Source: Octopus vulgaris (lineage: Eukaryota). Taken from it: a DNA stretch of 64,000 nucleotides. The notes beneath the pieces are model-generated. The model did not search any database and was not told the DNA's origin. It worked only from the letters and a program-made list of their open reading frames with translations. Where the stretch lies: positions 108,252,001 through 108,316,000 of the forward strand of contig OX597821.1 in assembly GCA_951406725.2 (NCBI GenBank), given 5' to 3'. The position numbers and the translations under genes are program-made. Below are positions 15,753-29,670 of the stretch, in pieces (positions within the stretch are counted from its first letter, which is position 1; each line of letters starts with the position of its first letter).

Positions 15753-16148
15753 TTGACGATGATGATGATGATAATGATGATGATGATATCGCGAAACATT
15801 TTCTTCTTCCCTTTAAAATTTTTTCCTTTAATATTTAATGCTGCTTTTTGTCATAATATTCTTTTCTTTTCTTTTTTCTTTTTTCTATTTTCTTCTTTTC
15901 ATATTCGAACGTTGAAACAAAACATTCTTCCTCCCACCACTACCTACACTAACTCCACCATCATCTCCTTCCCATCCTCTTCACCTTCATCTTCTTCTCA
16001 TTCTTCTTCTTATTCTTCTTCTTCTTCTTCTTCTTATTCTTCTTCTTCTTCTTCTTCTTCTTCTTCTTCTTCTCTGTTCTTGTAGAAAATTTAATCAGTT
16101 TTAATAACATCAACAACAATAACAACAATGATGATGATGATGATGATG

Positions 16149-16208
<60 letters not shown>

Positions 16209-16224
16209 TAAAATAAAAATAAAA

Positions 16225-16277
<53 letters not shown>

Positions 16278-16292
16278 TAATAATCATGATGA
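14875..16292. repeat. (GAT/GAC)n, (TTC)n and (TAA)n trinucleotide fields
   Basis: Read directly. Confidence 0.95.
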
Positions 16293-16499
16293 TGCTCAAA
16301 TATTATCGAACAGGTAAACAATTCTTATTAATAATACATTTCTGATGGTTTCTGAGCGCTTGCGGTTCTTTTCTTATATTTGGTAGAATAATTTTTATGC
16401 ACTCCTTATACGTTTTCATACGTCTGTCTATCTAATCTACACTCCTACGTAAGCATGCATACACACACAAACACATTTGCAGACTTACATACATGCATA

Positions 16500-16537
16500 T
16501 ATGTGAATGTATGTGTGCATGTGTGTGTATGTGTGTA

Positions 16538-16587
<50 letters not shown>

Positions 16588-16880
16588 TATATGTATGTAT
16601 ATATATATATATACACTTATATATGTGTATATATATACATATAATATATAGGTATATATATATACACACACACACATATATATATATATATGTATATAGA
16701 TGTATATACACACATATACACCCATACATATATGTGTATATATATATATATACATATATACATACGTATGTATATATATGTTTGCGTGTGTCTATACGTG
16801 TTTGTGTGTGCATTTATGCATGTGTGTATGTATGCATGTATGTATGTATGTATGTGTGTATGCATGTGTGTATGTGTGTG

Positions 16881-16922
<42 letters not shown>

Positions 16923-17195
16923 CACTTATATATGTGTATATATATACATATAATATATATGTATATATATATATATACACACATATATATATGTATATAG
17001 ATATATATACACACATATACAAGCATACATATATGTGTATATATATATATACATATATACATACGTATGTATATATATGTTTGCGTGTGTCTGTAAGTGT
17101 TTGTGCGTGCATTTATGCATGTGCGTATGTATGCATGTATGTATGTATGTATGTATGTGTATGTATGTATGTATGTATGTATGTATGTATGTGTA
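16500..17195. repeat. Tandem duplication of about 300 bp of degenerate TA/TG microsatellite
   Basis: Landmarks ACACTTATATATGTG (about 16613/16922), GTTTGCGTGTGTCT (16780/17079) and CATTTATGCATGTG (16811/17110) recur about 300 bp apart. Confidence 0.8.
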
Positions 17196-17374
17196 TAGAA
17201 TTTGTGGAGGAATACGCAGTGAAATATTCCTATTTTCTTAAAATGTGCCAAGAATTACTCTTTGGTGTATCGTTTTGCAAACTGTCGAGGAAAAAAGGAA
17301 AAACAGGAATACGATACATTCTTATTAAATAAGGATGTACACATTTCTGTATAGAATATTATACACACTCGCAC

Positions 17375-17590
17375 ACATACACTCCTTGTCTGTCTATCTC
17401 TGTCACCGTCTCTAGTTCTCTCTCTCTCTCTCTCTCTCTTTTCTCTCTTTCACATGCATATCTGAATGAAGTATTTTTACATGCACTCACATACGTACCT
17501 ATGTACACGTGCACTCAGACACACACATACACACACTCACACACACACACTCCTTGTCTCTCTATCTCTGTCTCCGTCTCTATCTCTTTC

Positions 17591-17628
<38 letters not shown>

Positions 17629-17718
17629 AATCTTTCTCTCTCCCACATGCATATCTGCGTTGCTGAATGAAGTATCTTTACATACACTCACATATGTACC
17701 TACGTACACGTGCACTCA

Positions 17719-17765
<47 letters not shown>

Positions 17766-17930
17766 ACACACACTCCTTGTCCCTCTATCTCTGTCTCCGT
17801 CTCCATCTCTCTCTCTCTCTCTCTCTCTAACTCTTTCTCTCTCCCACATGCATATCTGAATGAAGTATTTTTACATGCACTCACATACGTACCTATGTAC
17901 ACGTACTCTCAGACACACACACACACACAC
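17375..17930. repeat. Three-copy minisatellite, unit about 170-220 bp with variable (CA)n/(CT)n
   Basis: CACTCCTTGTC...CACATGCATATCTGAATGAAGTATTTTTACATGCACTCACATACGTACCTATGTACACGT recurs three times. Confidence 0.9.
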
Positions 17931-18195
17931 GTAGGCAATTAAACAAAGACTGAATTTTATGAAATACTTCTTTAAATACGTAACAGCTGTATTGAACCCA
18001 CACCGTACAGATATGATGATCGCCTGTCCGATTCCAATCTCTTCTTTCCGCTAGTCTCCTTCGCCGCTTAGCGAGTCAACGCTATCACCTGACTGGGGGA
18101 TCAAAACAGCGACTCAAGACTCTTCTGTAAACCTCCATAAAGAGAAAGCATATCATTTTTTCTCGATGGTGGGATATGACAATCACGCATTTATT

Positions 18196-18613
18196 GGATC
18201 TTTTCGGTTTGAACGGCAGTTTTAAAATAATTTCCACGTAACTAAACACTTTTAAACTTCGTATACTGGTAGAATGTGTTTATAAGATATTTTTTGCTCT
18301 TGGCTTTATTGAGAAAATTCTATGGTTTGTAAGATATTTGTTGTTATTTTTTCTTCAATTTCTGCAATTTCAACCAATCAACCAATCAATGACGTCTATT
18401 GAGGTAAAGAACATTCTGTGCCGTATGAAAATGTCCCTCGTTTAAGAAACAGATTGGGTTTATTTACATTTGTGAAGAAAAACAGATACCCTTCCCCCAC
18501 CCCTAACCCTAAAACAGATTGAAATGTAATAGATCGATACTAGGGTTATAATTATGGGTGACAATTTCATATGACACCGCTAGAAAAATCAGACGTTCAA
18601 ACCGAAAAGATCC
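18196..18613. mobile_element. MITE with 20-bp TIRs and 8-bp TSD (Merlin-like)
   Basis: GGATCTTTTCGGTTTGAACG 18196-18215 and CGTTCAAACCGAAAAGATCC 18594-18613, with CATTTATT duplicated on both sides. Confidence 0.92.
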
Positions 18614-18649
18614 CATTTATTTTATTATATTATTGTTGGTGAGAGTCGT

Positions 18650-18935
18650 TGCTTGGCTTCGTGGTTATATTATTCGGCTTTCGATCGTAGGGTCATGAGT
18701 TCAGTTCATCACAGCGCATTATTTCTCGTTGCTCCCGTTCACTCAGCTGGCAAAAACGAGTATTTCAGAGGAGCTAGCCTCGACATATCCTGTGTCACCT
18801 TGAATCTCCCAGAGACCTACGTTAAAGGGACGCGTGTCTGTGGAGTGCTCAACCACTTTGACGTTAAATTCACGAGCAGGCTATTCTGTTAATCGGATAA
18901 AATGGAACCCACGTCCCCGTAACCGATAGCATGCG
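18650..18935 (+). mobile_element. SINE family A2, diverged
   Basis: tRNA-like head with GAGTTCAGTTC; tail shared with family A1. Confidence 0.75.
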
Positions 18936-19054
18936 ATTACACCTAAATATGCAATTTCCTCGTTAACTTTCAATATTCCCTAAAATCCAGAAATACAGTC
19001 GGGGAAAAAAGTTTGCAAGATATGTCTGTAAAATTAGAATTTTTAAATTAAATG

Positions 19055-19170
19055 CCCAACCACATGGTTCCGGGTTCAGTCCCACTGCAAGTGTCTTCTA
19101 CTATAGCCTCGGGCCGATCAAAGCCTTGTGAGTGGATCTGGTAGACGGAAACTGAAAGAAGCCCGTCGTG

Positions 19171-19251
<81 letters not shown>

Positions 19252-19440
19252 TTGTGTATCTGTGTTTGTCCACCCAACATTGCCTGACAACCGATGCAGG
19301 TGTGTTTACGTCCCCGTCACTTAGCGGTTCGGCAAGAGAGAAAGGCGGTGTTCCAGCATGGCCGCAGTCAAATGACTGAAACAAATAAAAGAAAAAGAAT
19401 AAAAGAATAAAAGAATAAAAGAATATAAGAATAAAAGAAT
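19055..19440 (+). mobile_element. SINE family B with an internal (TA)/(TG) tract
   Basis: GGTTCCGGGTTCAGTCCC B box, GACGGAAACTGAAAGAAGCCCGTCG, and tail CAGCATGGCCGCAGTCAAATGACTGAAAC followed by (ATAAAAGA)n. Confidence 0.9.
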
Positions 19441-19579
19441 AGTATATTACTACTTTACCAAAAGTTTGGAACATAGATTGTAAATTTGAATTTTTGTATT
19501 AAATGGTCATAGTTATATTAGAAGCAAACATTTTGCTTTAGAATTATGCTTTTAGATCAGTTATTAGGCCAGTATAAAG

Positions 19580-19890
19580 GAGCACTCCGTCGGTTACGAC
19601 GACGAGGGTCCCATCTGATACAATCATCGGAAAAGCTTGCTCGTGAAATTAACGTGCAAGTAGTTGAGCAATCCACAAACCCATGTATCTCTAACGTAGT
19701 TCATAGGGAGATACAGCATGACACAGAGTGTGACAAGGCTGACCCTTTGAAATACAGGTACTACTCATTTTTGCCAGCTGAGTGGACTGGAGCAACGTGA
19801 AATAAAGTGTCTTGCTCAAGGACACAACGCGTCACCGGGTATTGAACTCACGACCTTACATTCGTGAGTCGAATACCCGAACCACGCGCC
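19580..19890 (-). mobile_element. SINE family A2
   Basis: Minus-strand head GGCGCGTGGTTCGGGTATTCGACTC...GAGTTCAATACCCGG, then TGTGTCCTTGAGCAAGACACTT, and the A-family tail. Confidence 0.85.
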
Positions 19891-20559
19891 TTGGCTTTGG
19901 TCAGTATATCTCTCCGTTGTATATAATTTAATCGAATTGGACTTGGGCTTAATTACAATTTTTAACAAATCAACGTTCCAAACTTCTTGCCACGATCAAG
20001 ACAGTATTTCAAATTTCACTTCTTGTAGCAAAATGGTCAACTTCCGAAGATTCTTTTTGCATATTCAACTAGTTTACGTTCACCTTTAATCCAAAACTAA
20101 GCTCGAAAATACAGTTCTATATTTAAGAGATGAGGAATTATGCACATTATTTACATTATTTACATTTGACGGATATTTGTCTTCATCTTGTTTGTTGTTA
20201 ACAAAACGCCCTGTGGGGCTAAATTACAGCAACATTCATATTAAACCAGGACTGCCATATTATGTTGGCAAGCAATCGTTACTCCGAAGTACTGTTGCTG
20301 AATATCTCCCACTAATTTTCTTGAATAATTTTACTTCATAAAAGCTTTTCAAAATTTAAAGCAATTGCAAGTCCGTTGTTATGATAATTCTTTTTACAGT
20401 ACAAGTAACAATAAAAACGTTTAAGTAAATACGGGAGTCAGGCGAGGAAGAAAAAATTGCGTCGGATTAAAGTTAGTGAGTTTCAGGGACACATTTAGCT
20501 TATGGAAGACCCTAAATTGCATTTAGGACCCAGAGTGATCTTTTTCAAACAGTTACGGT

Positions 20560-21004
20560 TCAGTTCAGTCCATTAACACTGAAGATTTGGGCATGAGACG
20601 CGTGTTTGCAAAGTTTGTGCCAAAACTGCTTACAGCTGACAACATACCTGCCCATCTAGCGCAGCTTGTTCAGCAGTTTTTGTCTAGGCACGCAATTCCC
20701 CAGGTCCGACAGCCACAGTATTCCCAAGATCACACCCCTTGCGACTTTTTCTTCTTATCAAAAATCAAATCCCGCTTGAGAGGAAGAAGATTTCAGGACG
20801 CCGAGGAAATCAAAATGAATGCGACGAGGGAGCTAGACTATCCCAGAAATCTAGTATCAGAAATGCTTCCATCAATGGAAACAGCGCTAGATTAAGTGTG
20901 TGGCTTCCGAAGGGGACAAATTTGAAGGAGATCAAATGCCAAATTGGTACGTTTTGTAGTCCTGTTTTTATAGCACTAGTCCGGATACTTATTGATCACA
21001 CCTG
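20560..21004 (+). pseudogene. Internally deleted mariner (D,D34D) transposase remnant with probable 3' TIR
   Basis: ORF 20587-20895: LGMRRVFAKFVPKLLT (WVPHEL-like) is joined directly to DNIPAH and YSQDHTPCDFFF (YSPDLAPxD-like). TIR-like AGTCCGGATACTTATTGATCACACCTG at 20978-21004 runs into (TA)n. Confidence 0.9.
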
Positions 21005-21021
21005 ATATATATATATATATA

Positions 21022-21830
21022 TAATTTTAATCCAAACGGGAAAACAAAAAAACAACAACAATGGAACAATTACAGTATTATTATTAATAGGCGCTCAGGA
21101 AATGGAAGCAGGAAGGTATGACGTTTCGAGCGGAGCTCTTCGTCGGAAACATAAAGAAGAAAGAGAGAGGAAAGAAAGATCCCAAAGTGGGCAACAGGAG
21201 ATAGGGAAAAAAACGACTGGTGTTTACGAGTTACACATGGTGAAAGGCGGAAGTTTACGATAACAAGAGCAAAGTAGGTTTTTAAAGCAAAAAGAGTGGA
21301 GACAAGGTTGGTAACGCAACAGATGTGTGTGTATGTGTGAGTGTGTGCGTGTGCGTGTGTGTATGTGTGTGTGTGAGGCGAGATAAAAAAACAAAAAATA
21401 TATGTATGTGTTAGTGTGTGCGTCTGTGTGTAGGCGTGTGAGGTAGGGCGAGACAGTAGTCGGCATAGCAGATAGTGGTCAGTAGTAAGAAAAAGACGGA
21501 AGGAGGAAGGGAGGGAGGGGAAGGGGCGTATGTAGCGTGCCAGCGTGTGTTGAGTAGTAGTGTGTGTGTGTGTCCAGTGTCGTGGTAGTATTAATGGCGA
21601 GTAGATTGAATGTGTGTAAGAGTAATGTATATATTTAAGCAATGTGTGTATATGTGTGCGCGTGTGTGTAACAAAAAAAGGGGGGGTAAGGAAAAAGGAC
21701 CCCAGCTGAGGGGAAGATGGAAGAGTGGTCCCGCGGAGACGGGCGTGGGAAAACCCAACGACAAGCGACAGTCCCAGGAACGAGCGGGAGGTCTCGTCGG
21801 GTCCAAGAGCGAGGTGCATGCAGCGCGTAT
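21022..21830 (-). mobile_element. 3' portion of a Penelope-like element (family P1) with a mutated hammerhead
   Basis: The terminus is homologous to 30537-30757 and 42860-43070. Motif GTTT-CCGACGA-A-GAGCTCCGCTC-GAAA-CG-TC at 21116-21150. The upstream peptide SFLGLSL..G...RLR......QLGSF resembles a GIY-YIG C-terminus. Confidence 0.65.
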
Positions 21831-22414
21831 GCGTGCGCGAACCAGCGCAAGCGCGTGCGTGCGCGCGCCTGCGAGTATGCGCGTAAGTATGTATGTGTGT
21901 GGATGTGTGAGTGTGTCTGTGTGTATGTCTGGGTGTCAGTGTGTCCGATGAATGTATGTGAGTATGTGTGTATATATGTGTGTGCATAGATGTATGTCCG
22001 TGTGTGTGTGTGTGTGTATGTGTATGAGTGTGTATGTATGTACGTGTGGGTGTGTGGAAGTGTGTGTATGTGCATGTGTGTGCGCGTACATACAGGTGTG
22101 TGAGTGAGTGTGTGTGTGTGTATGTATGTGTGAGTGTGTATGTATGTGTGTGTAGGATGCATGTATGTGTATGGGTGTATGTATGTGTATGTGTATGTAT
22201 GTATGTGTACGTGCGTGTGTGTGTGTGTGTATGCGTGTAGGTGTGCGCGTGTGCATGCATGCATGCATGTGCGTATGTGTGTGTGTGTGCATGTGTGTGG
22301 GTATATATGTATGTGTGTGGGTATATGTGCGTACATGTGTGTGTGTGTATGCATGTGTGTGTATGTATGTATGTATGTATGTATGTATGTATATATACAC
22401 ACACATATATATAC

Positions 22415-22607
22415 TTTTATTCTTTTATTTGTTTCGGTTATTTGACTGCGGCCATGCTGGAGCAACGCCTGTAGTTGAGCAAATCGACCCTAGGTTTTAT
22501 TCTTTGTAAGCCTCGTATTTATTCTATCGGTCTCTTTGCCGCCGAACCACTAAGTTACGGGGACGTCAAGCGATGTTGAAGGGGAGACAAACACAGACAC
22601 ACAAACA

Positions 22608-22610
<3 letters not shown>
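22415..22610 (-). mobile_element. SINE family B, 3' half
   Basis: Contains TTTGACTGCGGCCATGCTGGAGCA...GACAAACACAGACACAC. Confidence 0.85.
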
Positions 22611-22638
<28 letters not shown>

Positions 22639-22645
<7 letters not shown>

Positions 22646-23044
22646 TTAGTGAATTGAAGAGTTCGGCCATGGGCTCTTAAAGAGCCGCCTCGTTCAAATT
22701 GCTTTGCTGCGCCTCTGTTCTGTTTTGTTCTGCCAACGGAATTCCTATTTTTTTCCTGATGAGAAGGCCACAATATGGTATCCTTATTTAATCAGAATTT
22801 GGAAAATTGTGGCTTTTGAAACATGTGTAGAATGCAATAAAAGGAATTCTGTTCAATCTTCGTTCAACTCCATTTCTTCAATTCACTAATAATATTAAAA
22901 TTCAATTATCCGCACCAACGCACGGTTGCAACACCAAAAGGTTTTATCTCCAACCGTGCTCTCTTCTGCTGTGATTTTTGCTACCAAGGTATCGGTTAAA
23001 CTTTTGATTAATCTGCAACAAGATTATTCATCTTTCTAATTTAC

Positions 23045-23048
<4 letters not shown>
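22639..23048 (+). mobile_element. PLE-like element with a short inverted arm, in (TA)n
   Basis: 22-bp perfect inverted repeat 22639-22660/22875-22896 with a hammerhead inside and (TA)n on both sides. Confidence 0.8.
22753..22832 (+). ncRNA. Minimal type-I hammerhead ribozyme motif
   Basis: TTC-CTGATGA-GAAGGCCACAAT-(loop)-ATTGTGGCTTTT-GAAA-CATGTG-TA-GAA: 12-bp stem II including G-U pairs, GUA site. Confidence 0.85.
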
Positions 23049-23084
<36 letters not shown>

Positions 23085-23335
23085 CATACACACAAACACA
23101 CACACACACATTGAGATACACATACATTCGGGCACTCAAAGTCAAACACTCACACACTTATAATTCTAAGTGCATTGTTGAATTGATAGAGAAAAACAAA
23201 CAACTTGAAAGGAGAACGCGCGACATTATAGAATGATAGAAAAAGAACGGAGGAGAGAGAAAGATTTAAAGACAATAAAGTATGAATGAAGTAGGAACAA
23301 TGATAACAACTGGGGCAGGATTTGAAAGAGGGAGG

Positions 23336-23367
<32 letters not shown>

Positions 23368-24187
23368 AGCAAATTGTAGAAAAAATATCCTAAGATCAGA
23401 GCATTTTAAAATGTATAAATTCTTTAATAAATAAATTCTTTACTGTATATTTTCTAGATAAGTTTTGTTCGAAAACTAAAACTCAAAGCGCCATACATAC
23501 AGCCGTACACATATATACACACATGTATACAAATATATATATACAAGCATTATGTATATTTATATACACAAACAATTAAATACCTGTATATATACACTCA
23601 AGCACCAGATTTTTCGTTGTTTTTTTTCTTTTTTTGTTTTTGATGTTTTGATAATAATGAAACATCGTAATTGATTCTGCCAAGAATTTTCCGTCGATTC
23701 ATTCATTTCTATGAAATTGGAACGTGTCCAATATTCAGTTTTGAATAATCGTGGTGGTGGTGGTGGTGGTAGTGGTAGTGGTGGTAGGGGTGGTGGTGGT
23801 AGTGATGGTGGTGGTCAGAGTGGGTGTTGTGGGGTAGGGTGGGATGGAGTGATGCAGGTGTTGTTGTTGTTATTGGTGGTAGTAGTGTTGGTGATGGTGA
23901 TGGTTTTTTTGGGTGGTAGTGGTGATAGTAGTAGTGGTGTCGCAGGTGGTTGTTGTTGTTGTTGTAGTGTGATAGTGTGGTAGTAGTGATGATGATGATG
24001 ATGATTACGATGAAGATGAAAATGATGACGAAGGTGAAGTTTACGGTGATGATGATGATGATGATGATGATGATAACAATATTAATAAAATTTGTGATCT
24101 GTTGTTATCAATATTAGGAGGATGCGATGGTGATGATAATGATAACAAAAGCGGCATTAACAACAACAACAACAACAGTAATAATAA

Positions 24188-24405
24188 TCTTTTCTTCTCT
24201 AGGCACAAGGCGCGAAAGTTTTGGCAGAGACGGCCAGTCGATTAGATCGACCCCAGTACGCAACTGGTACTTAATTTATCGACATTGAGAGGATGAAAGG
24301 GAAAGTCGACCTTGGGCGGAACCTGAACTCAGAATGTAAAGACGGACGAAATGTGGCTAAGTATTTTGTCCGGCTTCCAAGCACTTTTGCCTGCTCACCG
24401 CCATC
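24188..24405 (-). mobile_element. SINE family C
   Basis: Contains CGACCCCAGTACGCAACTGGTACTTAATTTATCGAC...CTCACCGCC. Confidence 0.85.
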
Positions 24406-24462
<57 letters not shown>

Positions 24463-24466
<4 letters not shown>

Positions 24467-24900
24467 GCCCTGATGCAGTACCAGGCAGTGGCTCTCGTGG
24501 CTTCTGATCTTAACTGATTGAAAGTGCTATCAAGTACATTGTTTTGTCTTGGTATAAAAAATGGGCTACAGCAAATATTCTGCTCAATACTACAGATATA
24601 ATTCAGAATAATTCACCTCTGAAAACATGGGTGTTTCGTTCAAGATCATTAAACAACCCTTATTCAGGGACCTTTTGAGCGGGAATGGTCACTCGGCCAG
24701 AAGAAAACTCTAAATGGGCCCCACGTGCAAGGTTATGCGCTGTTTATTTTGAAATGAGATTACCATGTCGCGCACATATGGTTGTAATGCATGTGCCTAG
24801 TGTACCCTCATCAGACGGGTAGTCATGATGGGTAAACTAGGCTTCGTATATTTTACCCCAGTGTCACTTTGATGGCATGCACTGCTCACTCAATCAATGA
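24463..24900 (+). mobile_element. Non-coding repeat family T flanked by (TAA)n
   Basis: Highly similar to 40828-41360, with (AAT)n on both sides. Confidence 0.85.
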
Positions 24901-24911
24901 TAATAATAATA

Positions 24912-24962
<51 letters not shown>

Positions 24963-24974
24963 GTAATAATAATA

Positions 24975-25180
24975 ATGGTTTCAAAGGGAGCAATTTTGGG
25001 GGAGGGGATGAGACAATTACATCGACGCCAGTGTCCAACTGGTACTTAATTTATCGACCCCCGAAAGGATTAAAGGCAAAGTCGATCTCGGCGGAGTTTG
25101 AACTCAGAACGTAGCGACGGGCAAAATACCGCTAAGCATTTCGTCCGGCGAGCTAACGATTCTGCCAGCTCACCGCCTTC
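24975..25180 (-). mobile_element. SINE family C
   Basis: Reverse complement of the family consensus. Confidence 0.88.
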
Positions 25181-25586
25181 AATAATAAGAATTATAATAA
25201 TGGTAATAATAATGATAATAATAATGATAATAATATACAAATTCCTCGCTGCGGCGATAAAAGGGAATTAGAATCAAAATGTTTCTGCCGGTAAAATGAG
25301 GTGGCCTGATGACAGCTCGGCCGTCAATCAAAAATGAAACCTACGCCTCCCCAACCGTGACCCACACCCTTCGAATGAACCATCTGCGACGCTGATATTA
25401 TGATGCATTGCAGTGTGTGGTAAATACAGATGTCTGCTTGCTCATATCTGAGGCGATAAAATTAATCAGATATAAACGTTATTGGATTAAAATATATCAG
25501 CGAGGTTGGCACAATATTGTTGTCAATTGTGGCTAAAATTACATATGTACATATAGATACACATATAAAGAAAAACAAATATAGAA

Positions 25587-25625
<39 letters not shown>

Positions 25626-25949
25626 TATATGTATACATATGTATGAGGGTACATATGTGTCTATATAAGCATTAATAAATATATATATATATATAAACGT
25701 TTATATGAGTAAATATATATGTATATATATGCATATATGCATGTATATATTCGTATACACACACACACACACATATATATATGTATATACATATGTAGGT
25801 ATGTATCATGCGTATACATATATATGTATATATATAAGTGCACATGTATATATAGATGTACGTCTGTGTATGAATCTATCAGTATATATATATATACATA
25901 CACATCTATACATATATATTATATTATACACACACACACACACACACAT

Positions 25950-25986
<37 letters not shown>

Positions 25987-26895
25987 TATATTATATTGTA
26001 TACACACACACACATATATAAAGTACTTACACTTGGAGATAAAGGGAGAGATACATACATATATATATATATGTCTGAGTGTGTGCGTGTGTGTGGATGT
26101 GTATGTGCATGTGTGTGCGCACGGATGTGTGCGTTCGTGTATGCAGTTTGCTGTAATGACAATAATGATATTATTGCTAATATTTCTTTTATAATTCAAC
26201 TTTCTTTTTATTTTTTATTTTTTTATTGCTATAATTTTTTTTTGTTGTTGAAAAAGAGAAAAATATTGTTCTTCTTGTCATTCTGTCAGATGGCAATCTT
26301 GGAAAATATATTTCTGTTTTACCAATTATGTATTTCCTAGGAATTACATATCCATACACACATGCGTGCCATGTATACACATGTGAATACTAAGAGACAG
26401 ACGTACATACATGCATACATACATGCACACATACATACATGCTCACTGGCAGTCACACCCAACACGTGCGTGCACATATATATACATGCATACATACATA
26501 TATGTATACATACATACATATATATATATGCATGCATGTATATATATATATATGTGTGTATACACATATATATAAATATATATATGCATGTGTATGTATA
26601 TATGTATATTTGTGTATCTAATTACGTTTGTCTATATGTATATTATATATCGCATATATGTGTAGGAGTGTTGTTGTGTGTCTGTGTGTATATACATATC
26701 AAATATATAAGTATATATGTCTATATATATGATATATATGTACTTTAAAAATATAACGGCGCGTTTGTGCGGGTGCGTGTAGGCGTGTGTGTGCGTGTGA
26801 GTGTGTGTGTGCGTGTGAGTGTGTGTGTGTGTTTCTATTTGTATATCTGAAGAACAGTCTCATATGTGGCTAGCCCTATCTATTTCGTGTATACA

Positions 26896-27150
<255 letters not shown>

Positions 27151-28504
27151 AAATTATATATATTTTTTCTCGGTTAGGGAAGCCATGTTTTCGCAAGTTA
27201 TGGAAGCCATGTTATTCTGTTCTCTCAAGGGAGGTAATAGAAACGTTACAAAATTAGCAAGCAAAACCGAGCCTGGTTAAATTAGCTTAGACTTGTTATC
27301 GAATAAATTGTCTGTTAATATTTGATTAGAAGCTCTGTGTCTGCCACACATCCATACATCTACAATTGATTTGCATCGATAGATGGGATGCCTTATGGAG
27401 TGGAATGAGGGGGGCGGGGGCGAAAAGAGATGGTGCGGGTGACGCAAGGGTGCGTGGTGGTGGCGGCTGGTGTTAATCATGATTATCGTGTATGTGATCA
27501 AAGTAATTATAATGATGATGATGATCAACTTCGTTGCCATTAGTGCCGTCGTCGTCTTTGTTGTCGTTGTTGTAACTCTTCGTTGTCAAAATCATCACCA
27601 TCATCATCACCATCATTAACGTAGCCTAGCCGTCGATGTCATCATCACCAGCATAGTGATCATCACTATCGTCTTCATCCTCCTCCTCCTCATCATCATC
27701 ATCATCATCACAATCATCATCATCATCACCTTCCTCTCCTTCTTGTTGTTGTTGTAGTTATTCTTCTTCTTCTTCCTCCCCTCTTCTTCTTCTTCTTCTT
27801 CTTCTTCTTCTACTTCTTCGTCATCCTCCCCCTCATCATCATGATCACCACCACCACCACCATCATCATCATCATCCTCATCACCTTCTCTTTCTTGTTC
27901 TTCTCGTTCTTGTTGTTGTTGTTGCTGTTGTTGTTGTTGTTCTTCTTCTTCTACTTCTTCTTCTTCTGCCTCCTTGTTATGATCATCTTCATCATGATTA
28001 CCAACGTCTTTGTCGTCATGCGTCGTCATTGCTGTCATCATGAGGGTCTTTGCCACCGCCATTGTCATCACTTACACCTCTTCTTCATCCTTGTCGTCAT
28101 CAACCCTTATCAGCAGCCATCACCTTGACCATCGTCAACCGCATTAAAACCATCAACCAAAGTACAACAACACCAGAAACTCAACCAGAAATCAACCCCA
28201 GAATCTCAATCAAAACCAAGGAAGCTCTGATGAAGAACTTTAAATGGGCTTCGTCCGTGCACGCTTGGAGATTAGAAATAGCAGCTCACTCTCCCTCAGA
28301 TAAAAAATAAAGCCCCTTCCTCATTTTAGAAAGCAAGATCATCGATAATGAATGTCATTCTACGCTTCATAAAACTGACGAAATACCTATTACTTTACTA
28401 CCCACATTAATAAAAGTCGAAAAGGCGATAGGAATTTGGTTTCGTTTAGTCATATATGAGTTTGAGTAGGACAGACCAGGGGTTAAACAACAGCTGTAAT
28501 GACA

Positions 28505-28680
28505 GCTTGTTAGGTGTGGTAAGAAATTTGCTTCCCAACGTCATGGATCCGGTTTCAACCCCAGTGCAGGGTACCTTGCGCAAATGTCCACCTTGCGTGG
28601 TACCTTGCGAAAATGTCTTCCACTGTAGCCTCAGAATGTAAGTGGATTTGTTAGATAGAAACTGAATGAAGCCTGTCGTA
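28505..28680 (+). mobile_element. SINE family B, 5' half
   Basis: Contains GTGTGGTAAGAAATTTGCTTCCCAAC...GAAACTGAATGAAGCCTGTCG. Confidence 0.75.
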
Positions 28681-28951
28681 TGTACACACACACACACGCA
28701 CACACACATACACAAGCATGCACACACACATATATATATGCCCCTTCTCCGACTCACACACGCACAGACGAACTCACTCATATATGTGTGGTTTATGCAT
28801 GTGTGAATATATGTATTTGTGTGTATGTGTGTTTATTTGTGTGTGTGTGTGCGCGCATTTGTGTGTGTGTGCGTGTATTTGTGTGTGTGTGCATGTGTGT
28901 GAGCGCGCATGTGCATGTATATGTATGGCAGTGGTCGCTGTTGGACTCTTT

Positions 28952-29352
28952 GCGGCGAGCTGGCAGAAACGCTAGCACGCCGGGCGAAATGCTCAGCAGT
29001 ATTTCGTCTGCTGCTACATTCTGAGTTCAAATTCCGCCGAGGTCGACTTTGCCTTTCAACCTTTCGGGGTCGATTAAATAAGTACCAGTTGCGCACTAGG
29101 GTCGATATAATCCACTTAATCCGCTTCTCTGTCCTTGTTTGTCCTCTCTGTGTTCAGCCCGATGGGGGTAGTAAAGAAATAGGTATTGCGTCAGTCTTTA
29201 CGTTCTGAGCTCAAATTCTGTCCAGGTCGACTTTGCCTTTCATCCTTTCGGAGTCGATAAATTAAGTACCAGTTGCGTACTGGGTTAGATGTAATCGACT
29301 GGGCCCCCTCCCCAAAGATTTCGGGTCTTGTGCCCAGAGTAGAAAAGATTAT
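28952..29352 (+). mobile_element. SINE family C, head plus two internal modules
   Basis: The module restarts after AAAGAAATAGGTATT at about 29185. Confidence 0.9.
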
Positions 29353-29601
29353 TGCTATTGACGTTCTGGATGGTGATGCTGGTGTTGTTGTTGATGATGA
29401 TGATGATGATGATGATGTTTTTGTTTAGAACACGTAATTAGTAATTAAAAAACAAGTGAATGGCAGACATGCTCTGTGCTTCTACAATAGTTGTGCATAT
29501 GAGGCATAAATCGTTCAACCAAGGTTTCCATATAAATACCAACTACATAATCGTCTGAGAGGAAGAGAATTATGAATTATCCTTAATAAAGGATATCAGT
29601 G

Positions 29602-29666
<65 letters not shown>

Positions 29667-29670
<4 letters not shown>

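Noticed and set aside
25300-25348. CTGATGA...GAAAC hammerhead candidate
   Set aside because: Stem II does not pair and the stem I register is wrong.
27616-28071. Acidic/poly-Q ORF resembling a low-complexity protein
   Set aside because: It is a mosaic of trinucleotide repeats like others in the window, with no splice or domain support.
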